From NCBI RefSeq assembly GCF_009914755.1, contig NC_060948.1: a stretch of 64,000 nt of DNA. One strand, 5' to 3'. This DNA comes from the human T2T-CHM13v2.0 reference genome, Homo sapiens. The notes beneath the pieces are model-generated. The model made no database searches and was not told the DNA's origin. It worked only from the letters and a program-made list of their open reading frames with translations. Below are positions 40,289 through 59,583 of the stretch, in pieces (the stretch's first letter is position 1; each line of letters begins with the position of its first letter). The position numbers and the translations under genes were made by a program.

Positions 40289-42393
40289 AGATCCATATTT
40301 TTTAAATGAAAAAAAATTTCAAAGGTACTCTGCTTGGTACAATAATCTAATGTATAAACTGAGGAATAAAACATAACCATGAAACCTACTTATAACTGCA
40401 TATGGAAAATACAGAGGATAATTTTTTAAATAACATATTTTGAAAGCCTTAACTAGTAATTTGAAGAGTTGGCATTTGAAAGGCCAGTATGAATATACCT
40501 TCAAAGCAGCAACACAGGTTCCCCATGAGAAAAAGCAAACACAGGGAAAATAAAAACACAAAGGTTCAATCTCTTCTGACCTTTGAAAGACACAGCACAG
40601 ACAGTGGTCCTTAGGACGAAGAGCAGGAGACCCTTAATTCCGTCACCATGGCGATAGGGCATAAACATTGCTGGGTGAGGGCACAATCCACATTGTGAGG
40701 TCCAACTGCTGCCAGGAAGACAGGAGTGCTTTTACATAGACCGAAAGGTCATTGAAGGCTCAGAGTTTTGTTTCAAGAACTGAATCCCAAGCCCACACGT
40801 TATTAGGCTGCGCTTCTTAAAACAAGTTATGAGATGGGAAAAAGGGCACCCACAAACATACGTATACATTATGTATATAATAATATACAGTATCATATAT
40901 ATAATATATATAACCTATGTATAATATTGTTTTACATCCTGCATCTTATGTTATATATATTGTATAAAATATAATAATTGATAATATATAAGTTTTATAT
41001 TTATACAATATGACATATAGTATATATTATAATTTATGACATATATAATATATGTTATATATCATATATAGAATATATTATACGGTTAATATACGTATTA
41101 AATATAAATTATACATTATATATATTATATATAATATATCTGTTATATATAATACCCATTATGCATAATATATATATTATGTCTATGTTATATATAGTAT
41201 AAAACAACAGATAATAATATATAATTGTATATATAAAATGCGACATATAATATATATTATATTTTATAACAAATGTAATATATATTATATATTATATATA
41301 ATAGGTTGTATGTATAATACCTATATTAAATATATATTATATGACTATGTTATTAATTACATGTCACATGTGTTATATATTATATATTTTACATAGAATA
41401 TACCGGTTACATACAATATATACTATGTTACCTATAATGTATAATTTATTACATGTAAAATAAAGAATGCAATATATTATGTATAATTTATAATATACAA
41501 TATGTGGAATGTGATATATATAACATATAATATATGATATATGATATACAGTATATCATATATAACATACAATATATGATTCCTAATATATATGGTATAC
41601 AATATATATTTTATGACATGTATTCTATATGTTTTATATTCTGTTATATATAACTATTTGAAATTATATATAACTGTATAATATTTTATGTAAATATGTA
41701 ATATAATATATATAACTATATAATATATTATAGATAACTATATATTATGTTATATATACTTTTATAACATAATTTACATAAAATATCATAATATAATATA
41801 TATTATATTATTTCATATTACATAATATATATTACATATCACCCAATATAACTAACATACATAATATTATAATATAGATTATATTATGTTATATTAAATA
41901 TCATATATATCATGTATCATATATTCTATAATATATATTACACATTATATAATATGTATGTTGTCTACTATGTGATATATATAACTCTATATATAATTAT
42001 ATTATTATACATATAACTAGATAAACATGTAATTCTACATATTTTCATTTATAATATGTAGAATTATATAATCATATATAATTATTTATATTCTATAAAA
42101 AATTTTATCATTCTATAAATTATAATATATAAAAATTATCATATGTACTACAAATATATATATTGTATATCATATATGATATTGTATCTTTGTTATATAT
42201 CATAATACATATAAATGTGTATTATGTTATCTATAATTATATAATTTCATATATAAGATGTATAATATGTATCATATATTATATATGTTTTGTAATATAT
42301 ATAGTATATATAAGATGACACAGGATAAATATTATATACTATGACATATAAAATATATGAGGTTATATGTTACATATAAGGCATAGCACATAA

Positions 42394-42692
<299 letters not shown>

Positions 42693-44797
42693 AGATCCAT
42701 ATTTTTTAAATGAAAAAAAATTTCAAAGGTACTCTGCTTGGTACAATAATCTAATGTATAAACTGAGGAATAAAACATAACCATGAAACCTACTTATAAC
42801 TGCATATGGAAAATACAGAGGATAATTTTTTAAATAACATATTTTGAAAGCCTTAACTAGTAATTTGAAGAGTTGGCATTTGAAAGGCCAGTATGAATAT
42901 ACCTTCAAAGCAGCAACACAGGTTCCCCATGAGAAAAAGCAAACACAGGGAAAATAAAAACACAAAGGTTCAATCTCTTCTGACCTTTGAAAGACACAGC
43001 ACAGACAGTGGTCCTTAGGACGAAGAGCAGGAGACCCTTAATTCCGTCACCATGGCGATAGGGCATAAACATTGCTGGGTGAGGGCACAATCCACATTGT
43101 GAGGTCCAACTGCTGCCAGGAAGACAGGAGTGCTTTTACATAGACCGAAAGGTCATTGAAGGCTCAGAGTTTTGTTTCAAGAACTGAATCCCAAGCCCAC
43201 ACGTTATTAGGCTGCGCTTCTTAAAACAAGTTATGAGATGGGAAAAAGGGCACCCACAAACATACGTATACATTATGTATATAATAATATACAGTATCAT
43301 ATATATAATATATATAACCTATGTATAATATTGTTTTACATCCTGCATCTTATGTTATATATATTGTATAAAATATAATAATTGATAATATATAAGTTTT
43401 ATATTTATACAATATGACATATAGTATATATTATAATTTATGACATATATAATATATGTTATATATCATATATAGAATATATTATACGGTTAATATACGT
43501 ATTAAATATAAATTATACATTATATATATTATATATAATATATCTGTTATATATAATACCCATTATGCATAATATATATATTATGTCTATGTTATATATA
43601 GTATAAAACAACAGATAATAATATATAATTGTATATATAAAATGCGACATATAATATATATTATATTTTATAACAAATGTAATATATATTATATATTATA
43701 TATAATAGGTTGTATGTATAATACCTATATTAAATATATATTATATGACTATGTTATTAATTACATGTCACATGTGTTATATATTATATATTTTACATAG
43801 AATATACCGGTTACATACAATATATACTATGTTACCTATAATGTATAATTTATTACATGTAAAATAAAGAATGCAATATATTATGTATAATTTATAATAT
43901 ACAATATGTGGAATGTGATATATATAACATATAATATATGATATATGATATACAGTATATGATATATAACATACAATATATGATTCCTAATATATATGGT
44001 ATACAATATATATTTTATGACATGTATTCTATATGTTTTATATTCTGTTATATATAACTATTTGAAATTATATATAACTGTATAATATTTTATGTAAATA
44101 TGTAATATAATATATATAACTATATAATATATTATAGATAACTATATATTATGTTATATATACTTTTATAACATAATTTACATAAAATATCATAATATAA
44201 TATATATTATATTATTTCATATTACATAATATATATTACATATCACCCAATATAACTAACATACATAATATTATAATATAGATTATATTATGTTATATTA
44301 AATATCATATATATCATGTATCATATATTCTATAATATATATTACACATTATATAATATGTATGTTGTCTACTATGTGATATATATAACTCTATATATAA
44401 TTATATTATTATACATATAACTAGATAAACATGTAATTCTACATATTTTCATTTATAATATGTAGAATTATATAATCATATATAATTATTTATATTCTAT
44501 AAAAAATTTTATCATTCTATAAATTATAATATATAAAAATTATCATATGTACTACAAATATATATATTGTATATCATATATGATATTGTATCTTTGTTAT
44601 ATATCATAATACATATAAATGTGTATTATGTTATCTATAATTATATAATTTCATATATAAGATGTATAATATGTATCATATATTATATATGTTATGTAAT
44701 ATATATAGTATATATAAGATGACACAGGATAAATATTATATACTATGACATATAAAATATATGAGGTTATATGTTACATATAAGGCATAGCACATAA

Positions 44798-45096
<299 letters not shown>

Positions 45097-47201
45097 AGAT
45101 CCATATTTTTTAAATGAAAAAAAATTTCAAAGGTACTCTGCTTGGTACAATAATCTAATGTATAAACTGAGGAATAAAACATAACCATGAAACCTACTTA
45201 TAACTGCATATGGAAAATACAGAGGATAATTTTTTAAATAACATATTTTGAAAGCCTTAACTAGTAATTTGAAGAGTTGGCATTTGAAAGGCCAGTATGA
45301 ATATACCTTCAAAGCAGCAACACAGGTTCCCCATGAGAAAAAGCAAACACAGGGAAAATAAAAACACAAAGGTTCAATCTCTTCTGACCTTTGAAAGACA
45401 CAGCACAGACAGTGGTCCTTAGGACGAAGAGCAGGAGACCCTTAATTCCGTCACCATGGCGATAGGGCATAAACATTGCTGGGTGAGGGCACAATCCACA
45501 TTGTGAGGTCCAACTGCTGCCAGGAAGACAGGAGTGCTTTTACATAGACCGAAAGGTCATTGAAGGCTCAGAGTTTTGTTTCAAGAACTGAATCCCAAGC
45601 CCACACGTTATTAGGCTGCGCTTCTTAAAACAAGTTATGAGATGGGAAAAAGGGCACCCACAAACATACGTATACATTATGTATATAATAATATACAGTA
45701 TCATATATATAATATATATAACCTATGTATAATATTGTTTTACATCCTGCATCTTATGTTATATATATTGTATAAAATATAATAATTGATAATATATAAG
45801 TTTTATATTTATACAATATGACATATAGTATATATTATAATTTATGACATATATAATATATGTTATATATCATATATAGAATATATTATACGGTTAATAT
45901 ACGTATTAAATATAAATTATACATTATATATATTATATATAATATATCTGTTATATATAATACCCATTATGCATAATATATATATTATGTCTATGTTATA
46001 TATAGTATAAAACAACAGATAATAATATATAATTGTATATATAAAATGCGACATATAATATATATTATATTTTATAACAAATGTAATATATATTATATAT
46101 TATATATAATAGGTTGTATGTATAATACCTATATTAAATATATATTATATGACTATGTTATTAATTACATGTCACATGTGTTATATATTATATATTTTAC
46201 ATAGAATATACCGGTTACATACAATATATACTATGTTACCTATAATGTATAATTTATTACATGTAAAATAAAGAATGCAATATATTATGTATAATTTATA
46301 ATATACAATATGTGGAATGTGATATATATAACATATAATATATGATATATGATATACAGTATATGATATATAACATACAATATATGATTCCTAATATATA
46401 TGGTATACAATATATATTTTATGACATGTATTCTATATGTTTTATATTCTGTTATATATAACTATTTGAAATTATATATAACTGTATAATATTTTATGTA
46501 AATATGTAATATAATATATATAACTATATAATATATTATAGATAACTATATATTATGTTATATATACTTTTATAACATAATTTACATAAAATATCATAAT
46601 ATAATATATATTATATTATTTCATATTACATAATATATATTACATATCACCCAATATAACTAACATACATAATATTATAATATAGATTATATTATGTTAT
46701 ATTAAATATCATATATATCATGTATCATATATTCTATAATATATATTACACATTATATAATATGTATGTTGTCTACTATGTGATATATATAACTCTATAT
46801 ATAATTATATTATTATACATATAACTAGATAAACATGTAATTCTACATATTTTCATTTATAATATGTAGAATTATATAATCATATATAATTATTTATATT
46901 CTATAAAAAATTTTATCATTCTATAAATTATAATATATAAAAATTATCATATGTACTACAAATATATATATTGTATATCATATATGATATAGTATCTTTG
47001 TTATATATCATAATACATATAAATGTGTATTATGTTATCTATAATTATATAATTTCATATATAAGATGTATAATATGTATCATATATTATATATGTTATG
47101 TAATATATATAGTATATATAAGATGACACAGGATAAATATTATATACTATGACATATAAAATATATGAGGTTATATGTTACATATAAGGCATAGCACATA
47201 A

Positions 47202-47500
<299 letters not shown>

Positions 47501-49598
47501 AGATCCAAATTTTTTAAATGAAAAAAAATTTCAAAGGTACTCTGCTTGGTACAATAATCTAATGTATAAACTGAGGAATAAAACATAACCATGAAACCTA
47601 CTTATAACTGCATATGGAAAATACAGAGGATAATTTTTTAAATAACATATTTTGAAAGCCTTAACTAGTAATTTGAAGAGTTGGCATTTGAAAGGCCAGT
47701 ATGAATATACCTTCAAAGCAGCAACACAGGTTCCCCATGAGAAAAAGCAAACACAGGGAAAATAAAAACACAAAGGTTCAATCTCTTCTGACCTTTGAAA
47801 GACACAGCACAGACAGTGGTCCTTAGGACGAAGAGCAGGAGACCCCTAATTCCGTCACCATGGCGATAGGGCATAAACATTGCTGGGTGAGGGCACAATC
47901 CACATTGTGAGGTCCAACTGCTGCCAGGAAGACAGGAGTGCTTTTACATAGACCGAAAGGTCATTGAAGGCTCAGAGTTTTGTTTCAAGAACTGAATCCC
48001 AAGCCCACACGTTATTAGGCTGCGCTTCTTAAAACAAGTTATGAGATGGGAAAAAGGGCACCCACAAACATACGTATACATTATGTATATAATAATATAC
48101 AGTATCATATATATAATATATATAACCTATGTATAATATTGTTTTACATCCTGCATCTTATGTTATATATATTGTATAAAATATAATAATTGATAATATA
48201 TAAGTTTTATATTTATACAATATGACATATAGTATATATTATAATTTATGACATATATAATATATGTTATATATCATATATAGAATATATTATACGGTTA
48301 ATATACGTATTAAATATAAATTATACATTATATATATTATATATAATATATCTGTTATATATAATACCCATTATGCATAATATATATATTATGTCTATGT
48401 TATATATAGTATAAAACAACAGATAATAATATATAATTGTATATATAAAATGCGACATATAATATATATTATATTTTATAACAAATGTAATATATATTAT
48501 ATATAATAGGTTGTATGTATAATACCTATATTAAATATATATTATATGACTATGTTATTAATTACATGTCACATGTGTTATATATTATATATTTTACATA
48601 GAATATACCGGTTACATACAATATATACTATGTTACCTATAATGTATAATTTATTACATGTAAAATAAAGAATGCAATATATTATGTATAATTTATAATA
48701 TACAATATGTGGAATGTGATATATATAACATATAATATATGATATATGATATACAGTATATGATATATAACATACAATATATGATTCCTAATATATATGG
48801 TATACAATATATATTTTGTGACATGTATTCTATATGTTTTATATTCTGTTATATATAACTATTTGAAATTATATATAACTGTATAATATTTTATGTAAAT
48901 ATGTAATATAATATATATAACTATATAATATATTATAGATAACTATATATTATGTTATATATACTTTTATAACATAATTTACATAAAATATCATAATATA
49001 ATATATATTATATTATTTCATATTACATAATATATATTACATATCACCCAATATAACTAACATACATAATATTATAATATAGATTATATTATGTTATATT
49101 AAATATCATATATATCATGTATCATATATTCTATAATATATATTACACATTATATAATATGTATGTTGTCTACTATGTGATATATATAACTCTATATATA
49201 ATTATATTATTATACATATAACTAGATAAACATGTAATTCTACATATTTTCATTTATAATATGTAGAATTATATAATCATATATAATTATTTATATTCTA
49301 TAAAAAATTTTATCATTCTATAAATTATAATATATAAAAATTATCATATGTACTACAAATATATATATTGTATATCATATATGATATAGTATCTTTGTTA
49401 TATATCATAATACATATAAATGTGTATTATGTTATCTATAATTATATAATTTCATATATAAGATGTATAATATGTATCATACATTATATATGTTATGTAA
49501 TATATATAGTATATATAAGATGACACAGGATAAATATTATATACTATGACATATAAAATATATGAGGTTATATGTTACATATAAGGCATAGCACATAA

Positions 49599-49913
<315 letters not shown>

Positions 49914-52016
49914 AGATCCATATTTTTTAAATGAAAAAAAATTTCAAAGGTACTCTGCTTGGTACAATAATCAAATGTATAAACTGAGGAATAAAACATA
50001 ACCATGAAACCTACTTATAACTGCATATGGAAAATACAGAGGATAATTTTTTAAATAACATATTTTGAAAGCCTTAACTAGTAATTTGAAGAGTTGGCAT
50101 TTGAAAGGCCAGTATGAATATACCTTCAAAGCAGCAACACAGGTTCCCCATGAGAAAAAGCAAACACAGGGAAAATAAAAACACAAAGGTTCAATCTCTT
50201 CTGACCTTTGAAAGACACAGCACAGACAGTGGTCCTTAGGACGAAGAGCAGGAGACCCCTAATTCCGTCACCATGGCGATAGGGCATAAACATTGCTGGG
50301 TGAGGGCACAATCCACATTGTGAGGTCCAACTGCTGCCAGGAAGACAGGAGTGCTTTTACATAGACCGAAAGGTCATTGAAGGCTCAGAGTTTTGTTTCA
50401 AGAACTGAATCCCAAGCCCACACGTTATTAGGCTGCGCTTCTTAAAACAAGTTATGAGATGGGAAAAAGGGCACCCACAAACATACGTATACATTATGTA
50501 TATAATAATATACAGTGTCATATATATAATATATATAACCTATGTATAATATTGTTTTACATCCTGCATCTTATGTTATATATATTGTATAAAATATAAT
50601 AATTGATAATATATAAGTTTTATATTTATACAATATGACATATAGTATATATTATAATTTATGACATATATAATATATGTTATATATCATATGTAGAATA
50701 TATTATACGGTTAATATACGTATTAAATATAAATTATACATTATATATATTATATATAATATATCTGTTATATATAATACCCATTATGCATGATATATAT
50801 ATTATGTCTATGTTATATATAGTATAAAACAACATATAATAATATATAATTGTATATATAAAATGCGACATATAATATATATTATATTTTATAACATATG
50901 TAATATATATTATATATTATATATAATACGTTGTATGTATAATACCTATATTAAATATATATTATATGACTATGTTATTAATTACATGTCACATGTGTTA
51001 TATATTATATATTTTACATAGAATATACCGGTTACATACAATATATACTATGTTACCTATAATGTATAATTTATTACATGTAAAATAAAGAATGCAATAT
51101 ATTATTTATAATTTATAATATACCATATGTGGAATGTGATATATATAACATATAATATATGATATATGATATACAGTATATGATATATAACATACAATAT
51201 ATGATTCCTAATATATATGGTATACAATATATATTTTATGATATGTATTCTATATGTTTTATATTCTGTTATATATAACTATTTGAAATTATATATAACT
51301 GTATAATATTTTATGTAAATATGTAATATAATATATATAACTATATAAATATATTATATATAACTATATATTATGTTATATATAGTTTTATAACATAATT
51401 TACATAAAATATCATAATATAATATATATTATATTATTTCATATTACATAATATATATTACATATCACACAATATAACTAACATACATAATATTATAAAG
51501 AGATTATATTATGTTATATTAAATATCATATATCATGTATCATATATTCTATAATATATATTACACATTATATAATATGTATGTTGTCTATTATGTGATA
51601 TATATAACTCTATATATAATTATATTATTATACATATAACTAGATAAACATGTAATTCTACATATTTTCATTTATAATATGTAGAATTATATAATCATAT
51701 ATAATTATTTATATTCTATAAAAAATTTTATCATTCTATAAATTATAATATATAAAAATTATAATATGTACTACAAATATATATATTATATATCATATAT
51801 GATATAGTAACTTTGTTATATATCATAATACATATAAATGTGTATTATGTTATCTATAATTATATAATTTCATATATAAGATGTATAATATGTATCATAT
51901 ATTATATATGTTATGTAATATATATAGTATATATAAGATGACACAGGATAAATATTATATACTATGACATATAAAATATATGAGGTTATATGTTACATAT
52001 AAGGCATAGCACATAA

Positions 52017-52331
<315 letters not shown>

Positions 52332-54434
52332 AGATCCATATTTTTTAAATGAAAAAAAATTTCAAAGGTACTCTGCTTGGTACAATAATCAAATGTATAA
52401 ACTGAGGAATGAAACATAACCATGAAACCTACTTATAACTGCATATGGAAAATACAGAGGATAATTTTTTAAATAACATATTTTGAAAGCCTTAACTAGT
52501 AATTTGAAGAGCTGGCATTTGAAAGGCCAGTATGAATATACCTTCAAAGCAGCAACACAGGTTCCCCATGAGAAAAAGCAAACACAGGGAAAATAAAAAC
52601 ACAAAGGTTCAATCTCTTCTGACCTTTGAAAGACACAGCACAGACAGTGGTCCTTAGGACGAAGAGCAGGAGACCCCTAATTCCGTCACCATGGCGATAG
52701 GGCATAAACATTGCTGGGTGAGGGCACAATCCACATTGTGAGGTCCAACTGCTGCCAGGAAGACAGGAGTGCTTTTACATAGACCGAAAGGTCATTGAAG
52801 GCTCAGAGTTTTGTTTCAAGAACTGAATCCCAAGCCCACACGTTATTAGGCTGCGCTTCTTAAAACAAGTTATGAGATGGGAAAAAGGGCACCCACAAAC
52901 ATACGTATACATTATGTATATAATAATATACAGTATCATATATATAATATATATAACCTATGTATAATATTGTTTTACATCCTGCATCTTGTTATATATA
53001 TTGTATAAAATATAATAATTGATAATATATAAGTTTTATATTTATACAATATGACATATAGTATATATTATAATTTATGACATATATAATATATGTTATA
53101 TATCATATATAGAATATATTATACGGTTAATATACGTATTAAATATAAATTATACATTATATATATTATATATAATATATCTGTTATATATAATACCCAT
53201 TATGCATGATATTTATATTATGTCTATGTTATATATAGTATAAAACAACATATAATAATATATAATTGTATATATAAAATGCGACATATAATATATATTA
53301 TATTTTATAACATATGTAATATATATTATATATTATATATAATACGTTGTATGTATAATACCTATATTAAATATATATTATATGACTATGTTATTAATTA
53401 CATGTCACATGTGTTATATATTATATATTTTACATAGAATATACCGGTTACATACAATATATACTATGTTACCTATAATGTATAATTTATTACATGTAAA
53501 ATAAAGAATGCAATATATTATGTATAATTTATAATATACAATATGTGGAATGTGATATATATAACATATAATATATGATATATGATATACAGTATATGAT
53601 ATATAACATACAATGTATGATTCCTAATATATAAGGTATACAATATATATTTTATGATATGTATTCTATATGTTTTATATTCTGTTATATATAACTATTT
53701 GAAATTATATATAACTGTATAATATTTTATGTAAATATGTAATATAATATATATAACTATATAATATATTATAGATAACTATATATTATGTTATATATAC
53801 TTTTATAACATAATTTACATAAAATATCATAATATAATATATATTATATTATTTCATATTACATAATATATATTAGATATCACCCAATATAACTAACATA
53901 CATAATATTATAATATAGATTATATTATGTTATATTAAATATCATATATATCATGTATCATATATTCTATAATATATATTACACATTATATAATATGTAT
54001 GTTGTCTATTATGTGATATATATAACTATATATATAATTATATTTTTATACATATAACTAGATAAACATGTAATTCTACATATTTTCATTTATAATATGT
54101 AGAATTATATAATCATATATAATTATTTATATTCTATAAAAAATTTTATCATTATATAAATTATAATATATAAAAATTATAATATGTACTACAAATATAT
54201 ATATTATATATCATATATGATATAGTACCTTTGTTATATATCATAATACATATAAATGTGTATTATGTTATCTATAATTATATAATTTCATATATAAGAT
54301 GAATAATATGTATCATATATTATATAAGTTATGTAATATATATAGTATATATAAGATGACACAGGATAAATATTATATACTATGACATATAAAATATATG
54401 AGGTTATATGTTACATATAAGGCATAGCACATAA

Positions 54435-54749
<315 letters not shown>

Positions 54750-56876
54750 AGATCCATATTTTTTAAATGAAAAAAAATTTCAAAGGTACTCTGCTTGGTA
54801 CAATAATCTAATGTATAAACTGAGGAATAAAACATAACCATGAAACCTACTTATAACTGCATATGGAAAATACAGAGGATAATTTTTTAAATAACATATT
54901 TTGAAAGCCTTAACTAGTAATTTGAAGAGTTGGCATTTGAAAGGCCAGTATGAATATACCTTCAAAGCAGCAACACAGGTTCCCCATGAGAAAAAGCAAA
55001 CACAGGGAAAATAAAAACACAAAGGTTCAATCTCTTCTGACCTTTGAAAGACACAGCACAGACAGTGGTCCTTAGGACGAAGAGCAGGAGACCCCTAATT
55101 CCGTCACCATGGCGATAGGGCATAAACATTGCTGGGTGAGGGCACAATCCACATTGTGAGGTCCAACTGCTGCCAGGAAGACAGGAGTGCTTTTACATAG
55201 ACCGAAAGGTCATTGAAGGCTCAGAGTTTTGTTTCAAGAACTGAATCCCAAGCCCACACGTTATTAGGCTGCGCTTCTTAAAACAAGTTATGAGATGGGA
55301 AAAAGGGCACCCACAAACATACGTATACATTATGTATATAATAATATACAGTATCATATATATAATATATATAACCTATGTATAATATTGTTTTACATCC
55401 TGCATCTTATGTTATATATATTGTATAAAATATAATAATTGATAATATATAAGTTTTATATTTATACAGTATGACATATAGTATATATTATAATTTATGA
55501 CATATATAATATATGTTATATATCATATATAGAATATATTATACGGTTAATATACGTATTAAATATAAATTATACATTATATATATTATATATAATATAT
55601 CTGTTATATATAATACCCATTATGCATAATATATATATTATGTCTATGTTATATATAGTATAAAACAACAGATAATAATATATAATTGTATATATAAAAT
55701 GCGACATATAATATATATTATATTTTATAACATATGTAAGATATATTATATATTATATATAATACGTTGTATGTATAATACCTATATTAAATATATATTA
55801 TATGACTATGTTATTAATTACATGTCACATGTGTTATATATTATATATTTTACATAGAATATACCGGTTACATACAATATATACTATGTTACCTATAATG
55901 TATAATTTATTACATGTAAAATAAAGAATGCAATATATTATGTATAATTTATAGTATAACATATGTGGAATGTGATATATATAACATATAATATATGATA
56001 TATGATATACAGTATATGATATATAACATACAATATATGATTCCTAATATATATGGTATACAATATATATTTTATGATATGTATTCTATATGTTTTATAT
56101 TCTGTTATATATAACTATATGAAATTATATATAACTGTATAATATTTTATGTAAATATGTAATATAATATATATAACTATATAATATATTATATATAACT
56201 ATATATTATGTTATATATACTTTTATAACATAATTTACATAAAATATCATAATATAATATATATTATATTATTTCATATTACATAATATATATTACATAT
56301 CACCCAATATAAGTAACATACATAATATTATAAAGAGATTATATTATGTTATATTAAATATCATATATGTCATGTATCATATATTCTATAATATATATTA
56401 CACATTATATAATATGTATGTTGTCTATTATGTGATATATATAACTCTATATATATTTATATTATTATACATATAACTAGATAAACATGTAATTCTACAT
56501 ATTTTCATTTATAATATGTAGAATTATATAATCATATATAATTATTTATATTCTATAAAAAATTTTATCATTATATAAATTATAATATATAAAAATTATA
56601 ATATGTACTACAAATATATATATTATATATCATATCTGATATAGTACCTTTGTTATATATCATAATACATATAAATGTGTATTATGTTATCTATAATTAT
56701 ATAATTTCATATATAAGATGTATAATATGTATCATATATTATATATGTTATGTAATATATATAGTATATATAAGATGACACAGGATAAATATTATATACT
56801 ATGACATATAAAATATATCAGGTTATATGTTACATATAAGGCATAGCACATAACATGTAATATATATCATATATAA

Positions 56877-57168
56877 TTTTTTTTTAGACAGAATCTTGTC
56901 CTGTTGCACAGGGTGGGGTACAATGGCGCCATCTTTGCTCACTGCAACTTCTGACTCACGGGTCCAAGCGATTGTCCTCCCTCAGCCTCCCAGGTAGCTG
57001 GGACTACACCACACTGGGACTACACCAGCTGCCACCATGCCTAGATAATTTTTTGGATTTTTAGTAGTGACAGCGTTTCACTGTATTGGCCAGGATGGTC
57101 TTGATCTCTTCACCTTGTGATCCCCTTGCCTTGGCCTCCAAATTTGCTGGGATTACAGGCCTGAGCCA
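56877..57168 (-). mobile_element. Alu relic, U24, long form
   Basis: Same motifs as U2; ttctgactca variant shared with U25. Confidence 0.93.
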
Positions 57169-59291
57169 AGATCCATATTTTTTAAATGAAAAAAAATTTC
57201 AAAGGTACTCTGCTTGGTACAATAATCAAATGTATAAACTGAGGAATGAAACATAACCATGAAACCTACTTATAACTGCATATGGAAAATACAGAGGATA
57301 ATTTTTTAAATAACATATTTTGAAAGCCTTAACTAGTAATTTGAAGAGTTGGCATTTGAAAGGCCAGTATGAATATACCTTCAAAGCAGCAACACAGGTT
57401 CCCCATGAGAAAAAGCAAACACAGGGAAAATAAAAACACAAAGGTTCAATCTCTTCTGACCTTTGAAAGACACAGCACAGACAGTGGTCCTAAGGACGAA
57501 GAGCAGGAGACCCCTAATTCCGTCACCATGGCGATAGGGCATAAACATTGCTGGGTGAGGGCACAATCCACATTGTGAGGTCCAACTGCTGCCAGGAAGA
57601 CAGGAGTGCTTTTACATAGACCGAAAGGTCATTGAAGGCTCAGAGTTTTGTTTCAAGAACTGAATCCCAAGCCCACACGTTATTAGGCTGCGCTTCTTAA
57701 AACAAGTTATGAGATGGGAAAAAGGGCACCCACAAACATACGTATACATTATGTATATAATAATATACAGTATCATATATATAATATATATAACCTATGT
57801 ATAATATTGTTTTACATCCTGCATCTTATGTTATATATATTGTATAAAATATAATAATTGATAATATATAAGTTTTATATTTATACAATATGACATATAG
57901 TATATATTATAATTTATGACATATATAATATATGTTATATGTCATATATAGAATATATTATACGGTTAATATACGTATTAAATATAAATTATACATTATA
58001 TATATTATATATATCTGTTATATATAATACCCATTATGCATAATATATATATTATGTCTATGTTATATATAGTATAAAACAACATATAATAATATATAAT
58101 TGTATATATAAAATGCGACATAGAATATATATTATATTTTATAACATATGTAATATATATTATATATTATATATAATACGTTATATGTATAATACCTATA
58201 TTAAATATATATTATATGACTATGTTATTAATTACATGTCACATGTGTTATATATTATATATTTTACATAGAATATACCGGTTACATACAATATATACTA
58301 TGTTACCTATAATGTATAATTTATTACATGTAAAATAAAGACTGCAATATATTATGTATAATTTATAATATACAATATGTGGAATGTGATATATATAACA
58401 TATAATATATGATATATGATATACAGTATATGATATATAACATACAATATATGATTCCTAATATATATGGTATACAATATATATTTTATGATATGTATTC
58501 TATATGTTTTATATTCTGTTATATATAACTATTTGAAATTATATATAACTGCATAATATTTTATGTAAATATGTAATATAATATATATAACTATATAATA
58601 TATTATATATAACTATATATTATGTTATATATACTTTTATAACATAATTTACATAAAATATCATAATATAATATATATTATATTATTTCATATTACATAA
58701 TATATATTACATATCACCCAATATAACTAACATACATAATATTATAATATAGATTATATTGTGTTATATTAAATATCATATATATCATGTATCATATATT
58801 CTGTAATATATATTACACGTTATATAATATGTATGTTGTCTATTATGTGATATATATAACTATATATATAATTATATTTTTATACATATAACTAGATAAA
58901 CATGTAATTCTACATATTTTCATTTATAATATGTAGAATTATATAATCATATATAATTATTTATATTCTATAAAAAATTTTATCATTATATAAATTATAA
59001 TATATAAAAATTATAATATGTACTACAAATATATATATTATATATCATATCTGATATAGTACCTTTGTTATATATCATAATACATATAAATGTGTATTAT
59101 GTTATCTATAATTATATAATTTCATATATAAGATGTATAATATGTATCATATATTATATATGTTATGTAATATATACAGTATATATAAGATGACATAGGA
59201 TAAATATTATATACTATGACATATAAAATATATCAGGTTATATGTTACATATAAGGCATAGCACATAACATGTAATATATATCATATATAA

Positions 59292-59583
59292 TTTTTTTTT
59301 AGACAGAATCTTGTCCTGTTGCACAGGGTGGGGTTCAATGGCGCCATCTTTGCTCACTGCAACTTCTGACTCACGGGTCCAAGCGATTGTCCAACCTCAG
59401 CCTCCCAGGTAGCTGGGACTACACCACACTGGGACTACACCAGCTGCCACCATGCCTAGCTAATTTTTTGGATTTTTAGTAGTGACAGCGTTTCACTGTA
59501 TTGGCCAGGATGGTCTTGATCTCTTCACCTTGTGATCCCCTTGCCTTGGCCTCCAAATTTGCTGGGATTACAGGCCTGAGCCA
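59292..59583 (-). mobile_element. Alu relic, U25, long form
   Basis: Same motifs as U2; ttctgactca, gggttcaa and ccaacctcag variants. Confidence 0.93.
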